Origin: a virus
Strand: one strand, 5' to 3'
IMG/VR virus record: IMGVR_UViG_3300027749_000040
Span: 32,001 to 96,000 of that record
DNA: 64,000 bases
Shown: positions 51,163 through 59,755 of the stretch, piece by piece
Position numbering within the stretch: position 1 is the first letter of the stretch
Layout of the letters: every line of letters begins with the position of its first letter
Notes under the pieces: generated by a model
What the model was told of the DNA's origin: nothing
Seen by the model: only the letters and a program-made list of their open reading frames with translations
Databases searched by the model: none
Program-made: the position numbers and the translations under genes

Positions 51163-51472
51163 GGTAATTTCCTTGGTTAGGAAACTTCTTAAGAAAAAGC
51201 TCTCTAAGCACAACTTAGAATTTGGGAACTCTGTCCTAATATTTTTTAAGTCTCAGGGATATTTATCGTTTATATTTTTGATATTAATTTAATTTTAATT
51301 AATTACCAATAGAAATAACCGCACTTTAAAGAATTTTTTACCTTATACACTTACTTATTGCGTAACTAGTGTGTATACTTTACAGCATGAACTATTTTAT
51401 TTAAACAGTATTTTGTTTACTAAATATAAGTCTAGCCTGATGAGTCAGGCTTATTTTTTAAAAGGAAATTAA

Positions 51473-52024
51473 ATGAAGAAAATTTTAACAATCTTGGCAC
51501 TAGCCACTTTCGGTACTGCGTTCGCCGCAGATTATGTATCTGTTGATGTTGATGCAGTGACAGGTCTTAAAGGTGCAAAAGACAGCACAGCACAATATGT
51601 TCGTGCAGGTAAAAGCTTCGGTGACTATCAATTAAGTTTACAGTCTCGCACTGCTAACTTCAAAACTGGTGGTTTAGTAAACAGCACAGAAGTAACAGCC
51701 GCAAATAACAAAATTGGCTTTGCAAGTATTACACCATTCATTGGTGTTGGTCATGACAATGGCTTCAATGGTGTTAAGGGTTCTTCTTACACATACGGTC
51801 TAGTTGGTGCTACTGCTGGTCTACCAGTTGGCCCAGGCTTTGCACTAGTTGGTGTTAAGACACGTGTAGGTAGTGATGAGCGTACTCGCACTAAGCAGAC
51901 TTTGGCATTTGCTACTTATAGCGTTCCAATTGTAAAGAATGTTGCAATCGAATTGAATGCAAGCAAAAGCTATGAGACTATCCAAGAAAACGCTTTTGGC
52001 CTAGGTCTAAAAGTTAGTTTCTAA
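51473..52024 (+). CDS. Outer-membrane beta-barrel protein (porin/OMP-like)
   Basis: Sec signal peptide ending AFA-A, alternating amphipathic strands, and a C-terminal Phe (GLGLKVSF) consistent with a BAM signal. Confidence 0.75.
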   Translation: MKKILTILALATFGTAFAADYVSVDVDAVTGLKGAKDSTAQYVRAGKSFGDYQLSLQSRTANFKTGGLVNSTEVTAANNKIGFASITPFIGVGHDNGFNGVKGSSYTYGLVGATAGLPVGPGFALVGVKTRVGSDERTRTKQTLAFATYSVPIVKNVAIELNASKSYETIQENAFGLGLKVSF

Positions 52025-52039
52025 TCAAAGATTAGTGAT

Positions 52040-52061
52040 AAAAGGCTCTTTGGAGCCTTTT
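52040..52061 (+). terminator. Intrinsic terminator
   Basis: AAAAGGCTC-TTTG-GAGCCTTTT hairpin after the OMP gene. Confidence 0.8.
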
Positions 52062-52065
52062 ACCA

Positions 52066-52073
52066 TATAAATA
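52066..52073 (+). promoter_or_regulatory. T4-like late promoter TATAAATA
   Basis: Exact TATAAATA right after a terminator and 4 nt before ATG 52078. Confidence 0.6.
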
Positions 52074-52077
52074 CTGG

Positions 52078-53067
52078 ATGTATTTTACACTCAGCCATAC
52101 TCGGTCTGCTCTACCATTTCACTTGCAAATAAATGATTTATGGTTGTCCACTTCACACAAACCTAGAAGTTATGGGTACAGATTGGGTGAATGCGGCGGT
52201 GACTATGTAAATTTCAATGAGTCCGGGATTGAATTCTCATTTCACAAAGACTTTAAGCTATACAAGAATGATGATATTCTGTTGACTAATTTAAAGATTG
52301 ATGGTGAAGAATTACCAAGTGACATACTTTATTTTGATTATATTGATAGAAAGCCCATACAATATACACAGCGCATTGGTTCAGAAATAGGATATACTTC
52401 AGTACTTACCCGCGTCTATGAAATCTTACTAGAAAACTTGAGAACATGCTATAAGCTAGGTGCAAACAAGATTGCGTACACTGCTGGTTTAGATAGCAGT
52501 ACACTTGCATATATTACAGAATATCATCAACGAATGTTTGAATGCGTTATTGATAAAACATATGAAGGTCGATTTAATAATTTACCATTCAAACATATCA
52601 TGTACGAAACAAGACAAGCCAGACCAAATGATGATATTGATTACGGGGAGTATGTAAGAGACAGCTTTTATCAGCATGACAAACTAATTACAGGATTTTA
52701 CGGAGACTTAACTGTAGTACATAACGGTGACATGTACAATCAAGCTAAGAGATTGTATGAGACACAACTACCTTTATATGATCCCAAAGAACCCAATGAT
52801 TATATTCCTTTTAATGGCAAGGAGGATATAATCAATGCTATCTATTACACCAACACTCATACGTATTTTAGACATTGGTTTCCTGACTTTCAAATACTAG
52901 ACCCATATCGTGATCCTAGATTGTTTGAAATGATTTGTAGACTAGACACAACAGATTTGATCGAACAAATAGGTACGGGCAAAATACAAAAGAACATCAT
53001 TGGCTCATTTAATAAAGAATGGGTTAACAACTTATGTGATATAAAGAATAACTATGACAAATTCTAA
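52078..53067 (+). CDS. Asparagine-synthetase-like (PP-loop ATP pyrophosphatase) protein
   Basis: AYTAGLDSS (SGGxDS-like loop), LITGFYGD and DPYRDPRL. Confidence 0.6.
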   Translation: MYFTLSHTRSALPFHLQINDLWLSTSHKPRSYGYRLGECGGDYVNFNESGIEFSFHKDFKLYKNDDILLTNLKIDGEELPSDILYFDYIDRKPIQYTQRIGSEIGYTSVLTRVYEILLENLRTCYKLGANKIAYTAGLDSSTLAYITEYHQRMFECVIDKTYEGRFNNLPFKHIMYETRQARPNDDIDYGEYVRDSFYQHDKLITGFYGDLTVVHNGDMYNQAKRLYETQLPLYDPKEPNDYIPFNGKEDIINAIYYTNTHTYFRHWFPDFQILDPYRDPRLFEMICRLDTTDLIEQIGTGKIQKNIIGSFNKEWVNNLCDIKNNYDKF

Positions 53068-53752
53068 AACAATCATTTCATACAACGGCGGCAGTGCAGG
53101 AGACATGTTTACCTTATCATGTAACGGTAGGCCCTTATTAGGATTAACTAATTTAAGAGTAGTACAACCCTCTACACTAAAAGAATACGAAGCATTAATT
53201 CAAAAAGATTTGCCTGCTAACCTAGATGAGGAATTAAATAAAATTGATTATCAATATGCAAGCACTCATTTGCTTGATGAAATAGTTGATAAAGGATTTG
53301 ATGTATATAACATTATCATCAATGATCCTGCGGTACAGTCATATGCTGTCTATAGACAGATGCAAATTCAAAAACTACGTATCATTGTTAACCATGACCA
53401 TATTTGGTTTAATACTGTCAAAAATTTTTGTTTGAACAAAGAGTATGAATCAGCCGCAATATATTGGTTTGACAATGCTAAGAAAATTTGGTTAGACAGA
53501 ATGGCATATAGAATCAAATTTACTAAAGCAAAACAATTAAACTTCAACAAATTGTTTACCAATGACTTTGTACATGATTTGACTATTCAAGGTTGGACAC
53601 ACAACTTGTCAATGCTTGTACCTAATCACAATAAATGGTTAAGAGAGAATGGTAAGTTCTCATACCAAAAAACAATTGAGATGATGCGTCTGAAATTGTC
53701 AACTATGAATTGGAATCAATCTGATGGTTGGATTGAGTTTGTACCCAAATAA
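53054..53752 (+). CDS. Hypothetical protein (possible sulfotransferase/P-loop-like fold)
   Basis: N-terminal ISYNGGSAGDMF Gly-rich loop. Overlaps the preceding gene. Confidence 0.4.
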   Translation: MTNSKTIISYNGGSAGDMFTLSCNGRPLLGLTNLRVVQPSTLKEYEALIQKDLPANLDEELNKIDYQYASTHLLDEIVDKGFDVYNIIINDPAVQSYAVYRQMQIQKLRIIVNHDHIWFNTVKNFCLNKEYESAAIYWFDNAKKIWLDRMAYRIKFTKAKQLNFNKLFTNDFVHDLTIQGWTHNLSMLVPNHNKWLRENGKFSYQKTIEMMRLKLSTMNWNQSDGWIEFVPK

Positions 53753-53756
53753 TTGC

Positions 53757-53785
53757 TTGACAAAATATCTAAACTATGATATCAT
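53757..53785 (+). promoter_or_regulatory. Sigma70-type promoter
   Basis: TTGACA-17 nt-TATCAT with extended -10 TG. Confidence 0.7.
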
Positions 53786-53791
53786 ACAGGT

Positions 53792-54046
53792 ATGAAAATT
53801 GAAAAAGCACTTGATTGGGACAAAGTTAGTACTCAGATACAGAAGCAGATGACTGCCGCTGGATACAACCCTGATTTGACTAGAATGCTAAAAAACATTG
53901 ACACAATGGTCACTGAATTGAGCAAACTTGAGGTGACTTTCCGTAGAATTCACAAGTCTAATATGACTGATGACAAAGTTGCAGAGATAAACAAGGCAAT
54001 TGATCACCTTGAGAAGTTAGTTTTGATGGCAAATTTAATGAAGTAA
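53792..54046 (+). CDS. Hypothetical helical protein (84 aa)
   Basis: ORF directly after a sigma70 promoter. Confidence 0.7.
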   Translation: MKIEKALDWDKVSTQIQKQMTAAGYNPDLTRMLKNIDTMVTELSKLEVTFRRIHKSNMTDDKVAEINKAIDHLEKLVLMANLMK

Positions 54047-54048
54047 AT

Positions 54049-54077
54049 TTGACAATAAATCGTTTTGGGTATATAAT
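54049..54077 (+). promoter_or_regulatory. Sigma70-type promoter
   Basis: TTGACA-17 nt-TATAAT, perfect consensus. Confidence 0.85.
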
Positions 54078-54104
54078 AGAGTCTTATTCAGTTGAAAGGC
54101 ATCT

Positions 54105-54359
54105 ATGAAATTCAATGCAAACGCAGTGAGTACTTTGTACTTCAGAATCTCAGTTAAAAAACGGCCCTATAGTGATGAAGAAATTTGTTTATTAATTAGT
54201 GCAAGTGACTATACTAAGACAAATGACAAAGGTAAAATCATGTTAGGTAAAACTCTTTATTTCAGAGAATTACCTCTTTTTACAGAACAAGCAAGTATTG
54301 ACGCAAATGTTGCCCAGATATGCAAAGTTAATAACTTCTCTGTTGCCCAAGTGTTGTAA
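54105..54359 (+). CDS. Hypothetical protein (84 aa)
   Basis: ORF with SD AAGG, downstream of a consensus promoter. Confidence 0.65.
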   Translation: MKFNANAVSTLYFRISVKKRPYSDEEICLLISASDYTKTNDKGKIMLGKTLYFRELPLFTEQASIDANVAQICKVNNFSVAQVL

Positions 54360-54390
54360 TAACACAACACGCCCATAATGTCTAAATAAT

Positions 54391-54419
54391 TTGACAATAA
54401 ATCATTTCTCTGTTATACT
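54391..54419 (+). promoter_or_regulatory. Sigma70-type promoter
   Basis: TTGACA-17 nt-TATACT with extended -10 TG. Confidence 0.8.
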
Positions 54420-54464
54420 ATCTTTTCTTTCTGTTAAACACAAATTTTTTTCTAGGAGCATTTA

Positions 54465-55568
54465 ATGGCATCGCAAATTTCTGACAATCTGACTATCACT
54501 TCTGTCCAAGCACGTAAGGCAATGCTTACTGCATTTAAAGCAAAACGGCCCCTGTTCATATGGGGTCCGCCCGGCATTGGTAAATCTGATGTTGTTGCTG
54601 AGGTAACTCAGGAACTGAAAGGTCATATGATTGACTTGCGTATGGCACAAATGGAACCCACTGACATTCGTGGTATCCCGTTCTATAACAAAGACAAAAA
54701 CGTTATGGAATTTGCACCCCCAATTGACTTGCCTAGCGAAGAACTTGCAAGCAAGTATCCCATTGTTGTTTTGTTTCTTGATGAAATGAATTCGGCACCC
54801 CCAGCTGTTCAGGCTGCAGGTTATCAACTTATTTTGAACCGTCGCATCGGCAAGTATGTCTTGCCAGATAATGTCGTTATCGTTGCGGCAGGTAATCGTG
54901 ACAGTGACAAAGGTGTTACATATCGTATGCCAATGCCCCTTGCTAATCGTTTCTTACACTTGGAAATGCGCCCTGATTTTACATCATGGCAGAACTGGGC
55001 GGTGAACAAAGGCATTCACAAAGACGTTGTTGGTTACTTGAGTTTTGCAAAACAAGATTTGTACGACTTTGACTCTAAGAGTGCAAGTCGTGCGTTTGCT
55101 ACACCTCGTTCATGGTGTTTCGTATCTGACTTGTTACAAGATGAAGACAATATCGACACCGATACATTGTTCAACTTGGTAGCAGGTTCAGTTGGTGAAG
55201 GTCTTGCAGTTAAGTTTGCGGCACACCGCAAGATTTCAGGTCGTATGCCCGAACCTTCTGCTATCTTGAATGGTAAGGTTAAGGACCTTGCGGTAAAAGA
55301 AATTTCTGCTATGTACTCACTGACTATTTCAATGTGTTACGAATTGCGTGATGCAATTGAAAACAAGAAAGTAGATAACAAGAAGTTCCACGAAATGGCT
55401 GATAACTTTTTCAGCTATATCATGGCAAACTTTGAAACTGAATTAGTTGTAATGGGTGCAAAGATCGCACTGAAGACATACAAGTTGCCAATTGAGCCCA
55501 GTCAGTTGAAGAACTTTGATGATTTCCACAAGAAGTACGGTAAGTACATCGTGGAGGCTGGTAACTGA
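54465..55568 (+). CDS. AAA+ ATPase (MoxR/dynein-related type)
   Basis: Walker A GPPGIGKS, Walker B LFLDE, sensor AAGN, arginine finger LANRF and TPRSW. Confidence 0.9.
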   Translation: MASQISDNLTITSVQARKAMLTAFKAKRPLFIWGPPGIGKSDVVAEVTQELKGHMIDLRMAQMEPTDIRGIPFYNKDKNVMEFAPPIDLPSEELASKYPIVVLFLDEMNSAPPAVQAAGYQLILNRRIGKYVLPDNVVIVAAGNRDSDKGVTYRMPMPLANRFLHLEMRPDFTSWQNWAVNKGIHKDVVGYLSFAKQDLYDFDSKSASRAFATPRSWCFVSDLLQDEDNIDTDTLFNLVAGSVGEGLAVKFAAHRKISGRMPEPSAILNGKVKDLAVKEISAMYSLTISMCYELRDAIENKKVDNKKFHEMADNFFSYIMANFETELVVMGAKIALKTYKLPIEPSQLKNFDDFHKKYGKYIVEAGN

Positions 55569-55586
55569 TTCAGTTACTAGTTTTAC

Positions 55587-55619
55587 AGGGTGAGTGTAGC
55601 AATATGCTCACCCTTTTTT
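55587..55619 (+). terminator. Intrinsic terminator
   Basis: 12-bp stem AGGGTGAGTGTA / TATGCTCACCCT with a GCAA tetraloop and a T tract. Confidence 0.85.
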
Positions 55620-55632
55620 AATAAGGAACAAT

Positions 55633-55785
55633 ATGACAGGAAAAAAGTATTTCTACGCATTGGGACAAAGTGCCCGAGCAAAAGGTTTGACTAAGGATCA
55701 AGGAATAGAATTCTATTGTATCGATGCCGGACTACCTTACGCACGTATTGCGTTTGACGCTGGATTTCGAGGCTTGTCAATTTGA
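55633..55785 (+). CDS. 50-aa hypothetical protein (not in the ORF track)
   Basis: MTGKKYFYALGQSARAKGLTKDQGIEFYCIDAGLPYARIAFDAGFRGLSI*. SD TAAGGA. Confidence 0.65.
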   Translation: MTGKKYFYALGQSARAKGLTKDQGIEFYCIDAGLPYARIAFDAGFRGLSI

Positions 55786-55810
55786 CAATAAATCAACAAT
55801 GTGTTATAAT
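55782..55810 (+). promoter_or_regulatory. Sigma70-type promoter
   Basis: TTGACA-17 nt-TATAAT with extended -10 TG. Confidence 0.85.
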
Positions 55811-55836
55811 ATAACATATTCTGAAAAGGACCTAAT

Positions 55837-57105
55837 ATGAGCGAAGTAATTGACAAATCAAAATCTAAGAAAAAACGTAGTGCTAAATTTGAGAATCTTG
55901 TAGGTACTACTGACCCAAAGATTGATGCACTCGCACGTGAACGATTAGTAACAGCACGTATTGGTTTGTTGTTGCGTCAATCATTTTTTGGTAATCTTGC
56001 AACTCGTTTGCAATTAGTTAATGCCGATGAGTGGTGTAGTACAGCGGCAACAGACGGCTTAAAGTTCTATTACAATAGCCGCTTCATTATGATGTTGAAG
56101 CCCAAAGAAGTTGAATTCTTAGTAGGTCATGAGGTCCTTCATGTTGTTTACGATCATATAGGTCGTAGAGGTGATCGTGATCCTCAAATCTGGAACATTG
56201 CAGATGATTATGTTGTTAATGCTGACTTGAAACGTCACAAGATTGGTCAATTCATTACCACAGTACCTTGCTTGTACGAACAAAAGTATGATGGCAAATC
56301 GGCTGAGGAAGTATATGATGACTTGATGAAAAATGTTCAAAAAATATCTATTGAAGATTTACTTGATCAAATGATTGATGATCATATGGATGGTGACGGC
56401 GATGGTGACGGTGATAATGAAGGCAAAGGCAAGCGCCCTAAGATGTCTCCTGAAGAACGTGAACGTATGCGTCAGGAAGTTAAGCAAGCGATTATCAATG
56501 CCGCACAAAGTGCAGAAGCAGGTCAACTACCCTTAGGTGTTGAACGATTGATTAAGCAAGCAGTTGACCCAGTTATGCCTTGGCGTGAACTAATTCAAAC
56601 AAACTTGACCAGTGCTATTCGCACAGACTATAGTTGGATGCGACCCTCACGTAGAGGCTGGCACATGGATGCTATCATGCCCGGCATGACTCCCGGTGAA
56701 GAGATTGATGTAGTTGTTGCTATTGACATGAGTGGTTCTATTAGCAATAGTCAAGCACAAGCATTCTTGGGTGAGATCGGTGGTATGATGGATAGTTTTG
56801 ATGGTTATAAGGTTCATGTATTTTGTTTTGATACTGAGACATATAACCCACAAGACTTCACTAGTGAAAATCTTGATTCAATTGACTCATACGAACCGAT
56901 GGGCGGTGGTGGTACTGACTTTGATAGCATCTTTGATTACTTGAAGAAAGTAGGCAACGTGCCCAATCGATTGATTTGTTTCACTGACGGCTACCCCTGT
57001 GGTAGTTGGGGTGATCCAGACTATTGTGATACAACTTGGATCATTCACGGTGACCCTAATCCAAATCCCCCATTCGGTACATATGCGCTTTATGATGACA
57101 AATGA
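55837..57105 (+). CDS. VWA-domain protein with N-terminal HExxH metallopeptidase-like domain (DUF2201-like)
   Basis: TAATDG, HEVLH, WNIADD; MIDAS motif DMSGS, GGGGTDF and FTDG. Confidence 0.88.
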   Translation: MSEVIDKSKSKKKRSAKFENLVGTTDPKIDALARERLVTARIGLLLRQSFFGNLATRLQLVNADEWCSTAATDGLKFYYNSRFIMMLKPKEVEFLVGHEVLHVVYDHIGRRGDRDPQIWNIADDYVVNADLKRHKIGQFITTVPCLYEQKYDGKSAEEVYDDLMKNVQKISIEDLLDQMIDDHMDGDGDGDGDNEGKGKRPKMSPEERERMRQEVKQAIINAAQSAEAGQLPLGVERLIKQAVDPVMPWRELIQTNLTSAIRTDYSWMRPSRRGWHMDAIMPGMTPGEEIDVVVAIDMSGSISNSQAQAFLGEIGGMMDSFDGYKVHVFCFDTETYNPQDFTSENLDSIDSYEPMGGGGTDFDSIFDYLKKVGNVPNRLICFTDGYPCGSWGDPDYCDTTWIIHGDPNPNPPFGTYALYDDK

Positions 57106-57230
57106 TCATGGAACTCTTACTTGAAATTATCGGGTATGGATTTATTGTATTAGTACTAATGGCAGTGTTGTATACTTTTGTTATGTTGCTAACCAAAGCT
57201 TTACAGACATTAACCAACAATGATGATTAA
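57102..57230 (+). CDS. 42-aa single-pass membrane protein (not in the ORF track)
   Basis: MIMELLLEIIGYGFIVLVLMAVLYTFVMLLTKALQTLTNNDD*. ATGA overlap with the VWA gene; fills the gap to the next gene. Confidence 0.6.
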   Translation: MIMELLLEIIGYGFIVLVLMAVLYTFVMLLTKALQTLTNNDD

Positions 57231-57465
57231 GTCTAGTGAAGAAATAATCATCTACGAAAGTCCAGATGGTGGCAAGACGGTCTACTCACGCAAGAGTGGA
57301 TCGTCTGACAGAACCATGGTAAAAGAAGACAACTCAAAAAATCATATCACTAGATGGTATGAATGGCGAGAGATTCTTAAATTAGCAGAAACAGAACCGT
57401 CATTAGCAGATTCAATCAACAAAGCAGAGATAGTATATGCCCTCGTTAAGAAAGAACAAAACTAA
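57220..57465 (+). CDS. Hypothetical protein (IYESPDGGKTVY motif)
   Basis: 81-aa ORF in an overlapping gene run. Confidence 0.7.
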   Translation: MMIKSSEEIIIYESPDGGKTVYSRKSGSSDRTMVKEDNSKNHITRWYEWREILKLAETEPSLADSINKAEIVYALVKKEQN

Positions 57466-57814
57466 ACATTATCTAGCAATGTGGGATATGCTGGGTCTTG
57501 AATGTTTATTTGATGTTGACAAACATATGAACGAACATAATGCATGGGAAAAAGAAAAGATTGTTGCTATTCTTAAAGAATCAACAACATATCCATTAAA
57601 GCCTGCAGGCATTCCTTTGCAAATGATGCTCCTTCGTGCTAGGGTTAATAGTCAACGTGCCTATGAGATTTATGAATTCAATAGCACAATGGCTTATGAT
57701 GAATTGAAAGAAGCGTTCAATGACAATCCGCAACCCATTGTTGAATGGATTAGAAATAATGGTAAAAAAGTTTATAGTGATTATCTTAAACAAGATAGAA
57801 AGATGATTGTATGA
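57437..57814 (+). CDS. Hypothetical protein
   Basis: 125-aa ORF overlapping its neighbours. Confidence 0.7.
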   Translation: MPSLRKNKTKHYLAMWDMLGLECLFDVDKHMNEHNAWEKEKIVAILKESTTYPLKPAGIPLQMMLLRARVNSQRAYEIYEFNSTMAYDELKEAFNDNPQPIVEWIRNNGKKVYSDYLKQDRKMIV

Positions 57815-58221
57815 TGTATATTGGTACAAGTTTGGGTAGATGTTTGCGTAGTATCTTGTTAGGTGAAGTGTCCGAGGATGATGTTTTATTGATTATTACT
57901 CGCACTATGACTCCTGATTTAGAAGGATTTATTATGGTAGTAAAACAATATTACGATGACGGTAACTACTCCTCATATCAACCGCATGAATATGACCTTT
58001 CGGTCAAATCTTGGGAAGAAGTAGAAGCACTTGCAACAGATTTATATACTACTGGCAAGATTCATCAACCTAGAAACTTTGCAACTTTGGGTAGTCAGTT
58101 CATTCACCCCGGTCTACGCAATGATATTTGGATAGAGGTATCTCCTAAAAATCGTAATACTACACCTGCAGTAGTTGAAGCATATGAAAAATTCAAGGTG
58201 CTGGATGCACTAACAAAATGA
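57811..58221 (+). CDS. Hypothetical protein
   Basis: 136-aa ORF with overlapping start and stop. Confidence 0.7.
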   Translation: MMYIGTSLGRCLRSILLGEVSEDDVLLIITRTMTPDLEGFIMVVKQYYDDGNYSSYQPHEYDLSVKSWEEVEALATDLYTTGKIHQPRNFATLGSQFIHPGLRNDIWIEVSPKNRNTTPAVVEAYEKFKVLDALTK

Positions 58222-58466
58222 TAGAATATGAAGTTGATCCTGTAGTATGGTTTGCTGAACGACAACTTGATTATCCTCCTGTACATTTTGTTTCGGTATC
58301 CACTCCATTGAATTCAGAATCAAAACAATGGATATTGAATAAGTTGCGTGGTAGATTTGCTGTTACAGTAGATACTACTGATTTTTTATTTAACATGGAT
58401 TCATTGGGATGTGTCAGTTTTGAAGATCCCAAAGAAGCTACACTTTTTGAATTGACATGGTCATGA
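58218..58466 (+). CDS. Hypothetical protein
   Basis: 82-aa ORF, ATGA-coupled on both sides. Confidence 0.7.
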   Translation: MIEYEVDPVVWFAERQLDYPPVHFVSVSTPLNSESKQWILNKLRGRFAVTVDTTDFLFNMDSLGCVSFEDPKEATLFELTWS

Positions 58467-59695
58467 AAAAATTATTAACTAGTTTATTACTTTTACTTTT
58501 AATATTAACTGGATGCGGAGGGGGAGGGGCAACGCCTAATAGTAATCCTGTTGATCCGATACCTGTTAAACCTCAACCAATATCTCAATTTAACCCCCCG
58601 GCAACAATCCCCACTGATAAGTTTAGATTAGCCCGAATAGATTATAGATATGATACCCCTATCGATAATAAAGACATAAACGGGTATCACACTACATCAT
58701 ATGAATCTGTAAAACCAACTTTAAACAGAATTAAAGAAATAGGTTTTAATGGAGTTATTGTTCAACTACAAACACCTGTTAACAAATATACCGGACTTGT
58801 AAGTTTAAATGACCAGCCTACCGATAATAAAACTATTCCTAAAGATATTTGGAAGTTGGTTGATTATGCAAAATCTCAAGGATTATATGTTTGGATATCC
58901 TTAAGAATTGTAGATAGTGTAACAGATGTAGAACTGACACCTGACTTTAAAAAATATACTGAACAACAAATGTTTAATAGTATCATTGCTTATCAGAAAA
59001 ATATTGCAACTATTGCTCAACAACATGCGGTAGATGGAATATTTATAAGTGAGGGTAATAGTAACTTAGAATCATATGACCATTTATTTTATTGGCAACA
59101 ATTAATCTCTGAATTAAGAAAAGTTTATTTTGGTAAATTATCGTATGCTAGTGGGTTGCTTGAACAAACTGCAATATGGAATCATGTTGACTATGCAAGT
59201 TTTTATTTAAATGGGGGTTTATCAAAGACTCCCGTATATGACTTAAAAACAATTGTTAATTTATACACAAATGATGTATATAGTATAAATCAAATACAAA
59301 GGATAAAAGATATTTATATGGTATATGGTAAAAAATTTATTATAACAACATTACCTTTAATGTCAGACACTGGTGTTGGTATGGTGCCTGTTGGATTTTG
59401 GGATATGATGATTAGTAATATTTGGACAACTCAAAAACAAAATATTAATCCACAAATACAATTGTTAAAAATTCAAGCATTCCTTGAAGTGATACATCGC
59501 AGTATACCTGACATTACAGCCGGCGTTGCATTTGGTGAGTTTAGCCCTTGGTTAGAAGAAGTTAATTTTAGTAAACCAGAGAATCCGGTATATATATATT
59601 ATTGCTGTGGAATGAATTTGTCTAACAATTTAGATGCCCAAAAAACACTAAATTTTTACTTTAGTAAGCCCTGGGGCTACTCTACACTACAATAA
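58463..59695 (+). CDS. Lipoprotein with putative TIM-barrel glycoside hydrolase domain (GH113/GH5-like)
   Basis: Probable start MKKLL at 58463, lipobox LTGC and a Gly/Pro linker. IKEIGFNGV, YAKSQGLYVWI, ISEG and LRKVYFGKLSYA segments resemble clan GH-A barrels. Confidence 0.55.
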   Translation: MKKLLTSLLLLLLILTGCGGGGATPNSNPVDPIPVKPQPISQFNPPATIPTDKFRLARIDYRYDTPIDNKDINGYHTTSYESVKPTLNRIKEIGFNGVIVQLQTPVNKYTGLVSLNDQPTDNKTIPKDIWKLVDYAKSQGLYVWISLRIVDSVTDVELTPDFKKYTEQQMFNSIIAYQKNIATIAQQHAVDGIFISEGNSNLESYDHLFYWQQLISELRKVYFGKLSYASGLLEQTAIWNHVDYASFYLNGGLSKTPVYDLKTIVNLYTNDVYSINQIQRIKDIYMVYGKKFIITTLPLMSDTGVGMVPVGFWDMMISNIWTTQKQNINPQIQLLKIQAFLEVIHRSIPDITAGVAFGEFSPWLEEVNFSKPENPVYIYYCCGMNLSNNLDAQKTLNFYFSKPWGYSTLQ

Positions 59696-59755
59696 AAAAT
59701 ATTTGATTGATTAATATCAGTTAAATATCTTTATCATATCTGATAGGAGATTATT

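Noticed and set aside
50837-51292. 151-aa + strand ORF (and nested 50848..51057)
   Set aside because: It is the antisense shadow of the repetitive minus-strand lipoprotein gene, which has an SD, lipobox and downstream terminator.
51437-51470. Hammerhead ribozyme core (CTGATGAG...GAAA)
   Set aside because: No stem II or closing stems I/III can be formed. The sequence is a simple hairpin.
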